Assembly (NCBI GenBank): GCA_019828565.1
Contig: JAHDYR010000005.1
Coordinates: 1,445,992-1,509,991, forward strand
DNA length: 64,000 nucleotides
Direction of reading: 5' to 3'
Source: Carpediemonas membranifera BICM
Lineage: Eukaryota; Protista; Fornicata
The notes under the pieces were generated by a model. It saw nothing but the letters and a program-made list of their open reading frames with translations. It had not been told where the DNA came from and did not search any database. Shown here piece after piece: positions 54,827 to 64,000 of this stretch (the first letter of the stretch is position 1; the number at the start of each line of letters is the position of its first letter). Made by a program: the position numbers and the translations under genes.

Positions 54827-57800
54827 TCGGCGATGAGCCACTGGTTGTTGTACGTGCCCGAGTTGAACTTCTTGAACGTGTTCACCCATGCCTCGCCGGA
54901 CGTGGCGATGCGGTTGGTGAGAACCACGCGCATCCAGACGAGGATGGATTCAGGCTTGGCGAGGTCGTACAGAGTGGTGTCGAACACCTCGTTCGTGGTC
55001 TCGAGGACAGCCAGGCCAGAGTCGAGGACGTACATGTCGTCGAAGGAGTTGAGGAAGCCGGGGTAGGACGAGAATGTGTACTTCTTGGTGGTCATGGCGT
55101 CGGCATGCTCTCCGTGGAGCCCAGAAAGGTCATAGGACTTCAGGACTCTGGTCATAGAACCATAGTAAGGTAAGGTAAGTAGGTGGCGTGGCGCCGTGGA
55201 GCTGTGGAGCGTGCACTGTAATGTCCTATAACCACTCACAAGGCAGCGAAGCTACACACCGCGCCCGACGCAATCAGTCAGCATTTACTGGGAGGGGTAC
55301 GTGACCCAGGGGTTTCTCCACGGGCCGTCTGGCAGACCGCGGCGGGGGGCACCACAGCGAGCTGGTGCTGAAGTCCCAGGGGGTCAGGCTCTGGTACGTG
55401 GGGGACAGCTGGGCGACCATCTTCAGGCCCTGGTTCATCGCGAGGTCGTAGCTAGTCACCTTAGCGTCCATGGCGCCGAATGGTAGGGGGTTCTGGACGC
55501 GCATGTCGTACCGGGAGGCGATAGCGAAGCCGGCGTTGCCCTCAGAGAGGGGATCGTGCATCCAGTCGTTGGAGCGCATCAAACGGCCCATGTGGCCCCT
55601 GAGTAATGGGTTGTAAAGGGAACTTACAGGTGCTCGACGTGCTTGGCGTCGCGACGGAAGATATCGGCGCGGGGGCATTCCTCGTAGTCCCAGATGTCGC
55701 CGACCTTCTTGACCATCGCCGTGTAGCCCGAGACCTCGAAGATGTGCTTGTTGTAGGGGATGTTGTACGAGGGCATGTAATGCTGGTTGACGAGGTGCTC
55801 GGTAATGTCGCCCTCGGCGGTCTGGCCGGGAATCTGCTCGAGGTACCAGAGGAGGTTAGACGCGGGCTTCTTGCCGGGTGTGAGGAACTTGTAGTCGGCG
55901 ATGAGCCACTGGTTGTTGTACGTGCCCGAGTTGAACTTCTTGAACGTGTTCACCCATGCCTCGCCGGACGTGGCGATGCGGTTGGTGAGAACCACGCGCA
56001 TCCAGACGAGGATGGATTCAGGCTTGGCGAGGTCGTACAGAGTGGTGTCGAACACCTCGTTCGTGGTCTCGAGGACAGCCAGGCCAGAGTCGAGGACGTA
56101 CATGTCGTCGAAGGAGTTGAGGAAGCCGGGGTAGGACGAGAATGTGTACTTCTTGGTGGTCATGGCGTCGGCATGCTCTCCGTGGAGCCCAGAAAGGTCA
56201 TAGGACTTCAGGACTCTGGTCATAGAACCATAGTAAGGTAAGGTAAGTAGGTGGCGTGGCGCCGTGGAGCTGTGGAGCGTGCACTGTAATGTCCTATAAC
56301 CACTCACAAGGCAGCGAAGCTACACACCGCGCCCGACGCAATCAGTCAGCATTTACTGGGAGGGGTACGTGACCCAGGGGTTTCTCCACGGGCCGTCTGG
56401 CAGACCGCGGCGGGGGCACCACAGCGAGCTGGTGCTGAAGTCCCAGGGGGTCAGGCTCTGGTACGTGGGGGACAGCTGGGCGACCATCTTCAGGCCCTGG
56501 TTCATCGCGAGGTCGTAGCTAGTCACCTTAGCGTCCATGGCGCCGAATGGTAGGGGGTTCTGGACGCGCATGTCGTACCGGGAGGCGATAGCGAAGCCGG
56601 CGTTGCCCTCAGAGAGGGGATCGTGCATCCAGTCGTTGGAGCGCATCAAACGGCCCATGTGGCCCCTGAGTAATGGGTTGTAAAGGGAACTTACAGGTGC
56701 TCGACGTGCTTGGCGTCGCGACGGAAGATATCGGCGCGGGGGCATTCCTCGTAGTCCCAGATGTCGCCGACCTTCTTGACCATCGCCGTGTAGCCCGAGA
56801 CCTCGAAGATGTGCTTGTTGTAGGGGATGTTGTACGAGGGCATGTAATGCTGGTTGACGAGGTGCTCGGTAATGTCGCCCTCGGCGGTCTGGCCGGGAAT
56901 CTGCTCGAGGTACCAGAGGAGGTTAGACGCGGGCTTCTTGCCGGGTGTGAGGAACTTGTAGTCGGCGATGAGCCACTGGTTGTTGTACGTGCCCGAGTTG
57001 AACTTCTTGAACGTGTTCACCCATGCCTCGCCGGACGTGGCGATGCGGTTGGTGAGAACCACGCGCATCCAGACGAGGATGGATTCAGGCTTGGCGAGGT
57101 CGTACAGAGTGGTGTCGAACACCTCGTTCGTGGTCTCGAGGACAGCCAGGCCAGAGTCGAGGACGTACATGTCGTCGAAGGAGTTGAGGAAGCCGGGGTA
57201 GGACGAGAATGTGTACTTCTTGGTGGTCATGGCGTCGGCATGCTCTCCGTGGAGCCCAGAAAGGTCATAGGACTTCAGGACTCTGGTCATAGAACCATAG
57301 TAAGGTAAGGTAAGTAGGTGGCGTGGCGCCGTGGAGCTGTGGAGCGTGCACTGTAATGTCCTATAACCACTCACAAGGCAGCGAAGCTACACACCGCGCC
57401 CGACGCAATCAGTCAGCATTTACTGGGAGGGGTACGTGACCCAGGGGTTTCTCCACGGGCCGTCTGGCAGACCGCGGCGGGGGCACCACAGCGAGCTGGT
57501 GCTGAAGTCCCAGGGGGTCAGGCTCTGGTACGTGGGGGACAGCTGGGCGACCATCTTCAGGCCCTGGTTCATCGCGAGGTCGTAGCTAGTCACCTTAGCG
57601 TCCATGGCGCCGAATGGTAGGGGGTTCTGGACGCGCATGTCGTACCGGGAGGCGATAGCGAAGCCGGCGTTGCCCTCAGAGAGGGGATCGTGCATCCAGT
57701 CGTTGGAGCGCATCAAACGGCCCATGTGGCCCCTGAGTAATGGGTTGTAAAGGGAACTTACAGGTGCTCGACGTGCTTGGCGTCGCGACGGAAGATATCG

Positions 57801-60800
57801 GCGCGGGGGCATTCCTCGTAGTCCCAGATGTCGCCGACCTTCTTGACCATCGCCGTGTAGCCCGAGACCTCGAAGATGTGCTTGTTGTAGGGGATGTTGT
57901 ACGAGGGCATGTAATGCTGGTTGACGAGGTGCTCGGTAATGTCGCCCTCGGCGGTCTGGCCGGGAATCTGCTCGAGGTACCAGAGGAGGTTAGACGCGGG
58001 CTTCTTGCCGGGTGTGAGGAACTTGTAGTCGGCGATGAGCCACTGGTTGTTGTACGTGCCCGAGTTGAACTTCTTGAACGTGTTCACCCATGCCTCGCCG
58101 GACGTGGCGATGCGGTTGGTGAGAACCACGCGCATCCAGACGAGGATGGATTCAGGCTTGGCGAGGTCGTACAGAGTGGTGTCGAACACCTCGTTCGTGG
58201 TCTCGAGGACAGCCAGGCCAGAGTCGAGGACGTACATGTCGTCGAAGGAGTTGAGGAAGCCGGGGTAGGACGAGAATGTGTACTTCTTGGTGGTCATGGC
58301 GTCGGCATGCTCTCCGTGGAGCCCAGAAAGGTCATAGGACTTCAGGACTCTGGTCATAGAACCATAGTAAGGTAAGGTAAGTAGGTGGCGTGGCGCCGTG
58401 GAGCTGTGGAGCGTGCACTGTAATGTCCTATAACCACTCACAAGGCAGCGAAGCTACACACCGCGCCCGACGCAATCAGTCAGCATTTACTGGGAGGGGT
58501 ACGTGACCCAGGGGTTTCTCCACGGGCCGTCTGGCAGACCGCGGCGGGGGCACCACAGCGAGCTGGTGCTGAAGTCCCAGGGGTCAGGCTCTGGTACGTG
58601 GGGGACAGCTGGGCGACCATCTTCAGGCCCTGGTTCATCGCGAGGTCGTAGCTAGTCACCTTAGCGTCCATGGCGCCGAATGGTAGGGGGTTCTGGACGC
58701 GCATGTCGTACCGGGAGGCGATAGCGAAGCCGGCGTTGCCCTCAGAGAGGGGATCGTGCATCCAGTCGTTGGAGCGCATCAAACGGCCCATGTGGCCCCT
58801 GAGTAATGGGTTGTAAAGGGAACTTACAGGTGCTCGACGTGCTTGGCGTCGCGACGGAAGATATCGGCGCGGGGGCATTCCTCGTAGTCCCAGATGTCGC
58901 CGACCTTCTTGACCATCGCCGTGTAGCCCGAGACCTCGAAGATGTGCTTGTTGTAGGGGATGTTGTACGAGGGCATGTAATGCTGGTTGACGAGGTGCTC
59001 GGTAATGTCGCCCTCGGCGGTCTGGCCGGGAATCTGCTCGAGGTACCAGAGGAGGTTAGACGCGGGCTTCTTGCCGGGTGTGAGGAACTTGTAGTCGGCG
59101 ATGAGCCACTGGTTGTTGTACGTGCCCGAGTTGAACTTCTTGAACGTGTTCACCCATGCCTCGCCGGACGTGGCGATGCGGTTGGTGAGAACCACGCGCA
59201 TCCAGACGAGGATGGATTCAGGCTTGGCGAGGTCGTACAGAGTGGTGTCGAACACCTCGTTCGTGGTCTCGAGGACAGCCAGGCCAGAGTCGAGGACGTA
59301 CATGTCGTCGAAGGAGTTGAGGAAGCCGGGGTAGGACGAGAATGTGTACTTCTTGGTGGTCATGGCGTCGGCATGCTCTCCGTGGAGCCCAGAAAGGTCA
59401 TAGGACTTCAGGACTCTGGTCATAGAACCATAGTAAGGTAAGGTAAGTAGGTGGCGTGGCGCCGTGGAGCTGTGGAGCGTGCACTGTAATGTCCTATAAC
59501 CACTCACAAGGCAGCGAAGCTACACACCGCGCCCGACGCAATCAGTCAGCATTTACTGGGAGGGGTACGTGACCCAGGGGTTTCTCCACGGGCCGTCTGG
59601 CAGACCGCGGCGGGGGCACCACAGCGAGCTGGTGCTGAAGTCCCAGGGGGTCAGGCTCTGGTACGTGGGGGACAGCTGGGCGACCATCTTCAGGCCCTGG
59701 TTCATCGCGAGGTCGTAGCTAGTCACCTTAGCGTCCATGGCGCCGAATGGTAGGGGGTTCTGGACGCGCATGTCGTACCGGGAGGCGATAGCGAAGCCGG
59801 CGTTGCCCTCAGAGAGGGATCGTGCATCCAGTCGTTGGAGCGCATCAAACGGCCCATGTGGCCCCTGAGTAATGGGTTGTAAAGGGAACTTACAGGTGCT
59901 CGACGTGCTTGGCGTCGCGACGGAAGATATCGGCGCGGGGGCATTCCTCGTAGTCCCAGATGTCGCCGACCTTCTTGACCATCGCCGTGTAGCCCGAGAC
60001 CTCGAAGATGTGCTTGTTGTAGGGGATGTTGTGCGAGGGCATGTAATGCTGGTTGACGAGGTGCTCGGTAATGTCGCCCTCGGCGGTCTGGCCGGGAATC
60101 TGCTCGAGGTACCAGAGGAGGTTAGACGCGGGCTTCTTGCCGGGTGTGAGGAACTTGTAGTCGGCGATGAGCCACTGGTTGTTGTACGTGCCCGAGTTGA
60201 ACTTCTTGAACGTGTTCACCCATGCCTCGCCGGACGTGGCGATGCGGTTGGTGAGAACCACGCGCATCCAGACGAGGATGGATTCAGGCTTGGCGAGGTC
60301 GTACAGAGTGGTGTCGAACACCTCGTTCGTGGTCTCGAGGACAGCCAGGCCAGAGTCGAGGACGTACATGTCGTCGAAGGAGTTGAGGAAGCCGGGGTAG
60401 GACGAGAATGTGTACTTCTTGGTGGTCATGGCGTCGGCATGCTCTCCGTGGAGCCCAGAAAGGTCATAGGACTTCAGGACTCTGGTCATAGAACCATAGT
60501 AAGGTAAGGTAAGTAGGTGGCGTGGCGCCGTGGAGCTGTGGAGCGTGCACTGTAATGTCCTATAACCACTCACAAGGCAGCGAAGCTACACACCGCGCCC
60601 GACGCAATCAGTCAGCATTTACTGGGAGGGGTACGTGACCCAGGGGTTTCTCCACGGGCCGTCTGGCAGACCGCGGCGGGGGCACCACAGCGAGCTGGTG
60701 CTGAAGTCCCAGGGGGTCAGGCTCTGGTACGTGGGGGACAGCTGGGCGACCATCTTCAGGCCCTGGTTCATCGCGAGGTCGTAGCTAGTCACCTTAGCGT

Positions 60801-63800
60801 CCATGGCGCCGAATGGTAGGGGGTTCTGGACGCGCATGTCGTACCGGGAGGCGATAGCGAAGCCGGCGTTGCCCTCAGAGAGGGGATCGTGCATCCAGTC
60901 GTTGGAGCGCATCAAACGGCCCATGTGGCCCCTGAGTAATGGGTTGTAAAGGGAACTTACAGGTGCTCGACGTGCTTGGCGTCGCGACGGAAGATATCGG
61001 CGCGGGGGCATTCCTCGTAGTCCCAGATGTCGCCGACCTTCTTGACCATCGCCGTGTAGCCCGAGACCTCGAAGATGTGCTTGTTGTAGGGGATGTTGTA
61101 CGAGGGCATGTAATGCTGGTTGACGAGGTGCTCGGTAATGTCGCCCTCGGCGGTCTGGCCGGGAATCTGCTCGAGGTACCAGAGGAGGTTAGACGCGGGC
61201 TTCTTGCCGGGTGTGAGGAACTTGTAGTCGGCGATGAGCCACTGGTTGTTGTACGTGCCCGAGTTGAACTTCTTGAACGTGTTCACCCATGCCTCGCCGG
61301 ACGTGGCGATGCGGTTGGTGAGAACCACGCGCATCCAGACGAGGATGGATTCAGGCTTGGCGAGGTCGTACAGAGTGGTGTCGAACACCTCGTTCGTGGT
61401 CTCGAGGACAGCCAGGCCAGAGTCGAGGACGTACATGTCGTCGAAGGAGTTGAGGAAGCCGGGGTAGGACGAGAATGTGTACTTCTTGGTGGTCATGGCG
61501 TCGGCATGCTCTCCGTGGAGCCCAGAAAGGTCATAGGACTTCAGGACTCTGGTCATAGAACCATAGTAAGGTAAGGTAAGTAGGTGGCGTGGCGCCGTGG
61601 AGCTGTGGAGCGTGCACTGTAATGTCCTATAACCACTCACAAGGCAGCGAAGCTACACACCGCGCCCGACGCAATCAGTCAGCATTTACTGGGAGGGGTA
61701 CGTGACCCAGGGGTTTCTCCACGGGCCGTCTGGCAGACCGCGGCGGGGGCACCACAGCGAGCTGGTGCTGAAGTCCCAGGGGTCAGGCTCTGGTACGTGG
61801 GGGACAGCTGGGCGACCATCTTCAGGCCCTGGTTCATCGCGAGGTCGTAGCTAGTCACCTTAGCGTCCATGGCGCCGAATGGTAGGGGGTTCTGGACGCG
61901 CATGTCGTACCGGGAGGCGATAGCGAAGCCGGCGTTGCCCTCAGAGAGGGATCGTGCATCCAGTCGTTGGAGCGCATCAAACGGCCCATGTGGCCCCTGA
62001 GTAATGGGTTGTAAAGGGAACTTACAGGTGCTCGACGTGCTTGGCGTCGCGACGGAAGATATCGGCGCGGGGGCATTCCTCGTAGTCCCAGATGTCGCCG
62101 ACCTTCTTGACCATCGCCGTGTAGCCCGAGACCTCGAAGATGTGCTTGTTGTAGGGGATGTTGTACGAGGGCATGTAATGCTGGTTGACGAGGTGCTCGG
62201 TAATGTCGCCCTCGGCGGTCTGGCCGGGAATCTGCTCGAGGTACCAGAGGAGGTTAGACGCGGGCTTCTTGCCGGGTGTGAGGAACTTGTAGTCGGCGAT
62301 GAGCCACTGGTTGTTGTACGTGCCCGAGTTGAACTTCTTGAACGTGTTCACCCATGCCTCGCCGGACGTGGCGATGCGGTTGGTGAGAACCACGCGCATC
62401 CAGACGAGGATGGATTCAGGCTTGGCGAGGTCGTACAGAGTGGTGTCGAACACCTCGTTCGTGGTCTCGAGGACAGCCAGGCCAGAGTCGAGGACGTACA
62501 TGTCGTCGAAGGAGTTGAGGAAGCCGGGGTAGGACGAGAATGTGTACTTCTTGGTGGTCATGGCGTCGGCATGCTCTCCGTGGAGCCCAGAAAGGTCATA
62601 GGACTTCAGGACTCTGGTCATAGAACCATAGTAAGGTAAGGTAAGTAGGTGGCGTGGCGCCGTGGAGCTGTGGAGCGTGCACTGTAATGTCCTATAACCA
62701 CTCACAAGGCAGCGAAGCTACACACCGCGCCCGACGCAATCAGTCAGCATTTACTGGGAGGGGTACGTGACCCAGGGGTTTCTCCACGGGCCGTCTGGCA
62801 GACCGCGGCGGGGGCACCACAGCGAGCTGGTGCTGAAGTCCCAGGGGGTCAGGCTCTGGTACGTGGGGGACAGCTGGGCGACCATCTTCAGGCCCTGGTT
62901 CATCGCGAGGTCGTAGCTAGTCACCTTAGCGTCCATGGCGCCGAATGGTAGGGGGTTCTGGACGCGCATGTCGTACCGGGAGGCGATAGCGAAGCCGGCG
63001 TTGCCCTCAGAGAGGGGATCGTGCATCCAGTCGTTGGAGCGCATCAAACGGCCCATGTGGCCCCTGAGTAATGGGTTGTAAAGGGAACTTACAGGTGCTC
63101 GACGTGCTTGGCGTCGCGACGGAAGATATCGGCGCGGGGGCATTCCTCGTAGTCCCAGATGTCGCCGACCTTCTTGACCATCGCCGTGTAGCCCGAGACC
63201 TCGAAGATGTGCTTGTTGTAGGGGATGTTGTACGAGGGCATGTAATGCTGGTTGACGAGGTGCTCGGTAATGTCGCCCTCGGCGGTCTGGCCGGGAATCT
63301 GCTCGAGGTACCAGAGGAGGTTAGACGCGGGCTTCTTGCCGGGTGTGAGGAACTTGTAGTCGGCGATGAGCCACTGGTTGTTGTACGTGCCCGAGTTGAA
63401 CTTCTTGAACGTGTTCACCCATGCCTCGCCGGACGTGGCGATGCGGTTGGTGAGAACCACGCGCATCCAGACGAGGATGGATTCAGGCTTGGCGAGGTCG
63501 TACAGAGTGGTGTCGAACACCTCGTTCGTGGTCTCGAGGACAGCCAGGCCAGAGTCGAGGACGTACATGTCGTCGAAGGAGTTGAGGAAGCCGGGGTAGG
63601 ACGAGAATGTGTACTTCTTGGTGGTCATGGCGTCGGCATGCTCTCCGTGGAGCCCAGAAAGGTCATAGGACTTCAGGACTCTGGTCATAGAACCATAGTA
63701 AGGTAAGGTAAGTAGGTGGCGTGGCGCCGTGGAGCTGTGGAGCGTGCACTGTAATGTCCTATAACCACTCACAAGGCAGCGAAGCTACACACCGCGCCCG

Positions 63801-64000
63801 ACGCAATCAGTCAGCATTTACTGGGAGGGGTACGTGACCCAGGGGTTTCTCCACGGGCCGTCTGGCAGACCGCGGCGGGGGCACCACAGCGAGCTGGTGC
63901 TGAAGTCCCAGGGGGTCAGGCTCTGGTACGTGGGGGACAGCTGGGCGACCATCTTCAGGCCCTGGTTCATCGCGAGGTCGTAGCTAGTCACCTTAGCGTC
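54769..64000 (-). repeat. Tandem array of ~1067-bp units (about 8.7 copies visible, continues off window), each a 5'-truncated phospholipase B-like gene plus 3' flank
   Basis: Equivalent positions recur at 55239, 56307, 57374, 58441, 59507, 60573, 61640, 62705 and 63772 (periods 1065-1068). The differences I found are G-run lengths and one substitution at 60033. Confidence 0.97.
56353..57290 (-). pseudogene. Representative array unit: phospholipase B-like (PLBD1/PLBD2, Ntn-hydrolase) C-terminal portion with a 29-nt intron
   Basis: FSSYPGFLNSFDDMY, LETTN, NSGTYNNQW, EQIPG, SYNIPY, PRADIFRRD, IASRYD and GAMDAKV. The spliced ORF from MTRVLK is 302 aa and lacks the signal peptide, alpha chain and N-terminal nucleophile. 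Confidence 0.85.

Noticed and set aside
55606-63706. Repeated 211-aa + strand ORFs and differing C-termini among array copies
   Set aside because: They are antisense to phospholipase B. The copy differences are single-base G-run indels, more likely sequencing error than programmed variation.

Overview
Gene-dense eukaryotic (protist) DNA with very short intergenic gaps and tiny 28-33 nt GT-AG introns, several ending in a fused branch/acceptor motif (CTAAC(A/G)CAG). It encodes flagellar genes and an anaerobe-type Fe-ADH, which together suggest a flagellated anaerobic protist such as a free-living metamonad (inference). Identifiable genes: PUS7, NAC-beta, DRC1, eIF3g, KRR1, CDKAL1-type methylthiotransferase, an outer-arm dynein heavy chain, RPS19, thioredoxin, TRM7, DNAL1, RIO2, USP14, a plant-type ketoacyl-CoA synthase, MMS19, a TMF1-like golgin, a C2-C2 protein and a degenerate kinesin. 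The main find is a family of Fanzor (eukaryotic TnpB-like RNA-guided nuclease) loci. It comprises (i) a near-complete RuvC/Zn-finger ORF at 15290-16245(-), split by a 1-nt homopolymer frameshift and retaining all three catalytic residues; (ii) a second, diverged C-terminal remnant at ~2950-3127(+); (iii) a conserved motif about 75-145 nt downstream of both stop codons (candidate omegaRNA core); and (iv) two near-identical ~230 bp nuclease-less cassettes (16464-16693, 48727-48963) carrying the same motif. The window also holds a frameshifted HNH endonuclease and a >9 kb tandem array of ~1067 bp 5'-truncated phospholipase-B units whose left end abuts and appears to truncate the kinesin gene.
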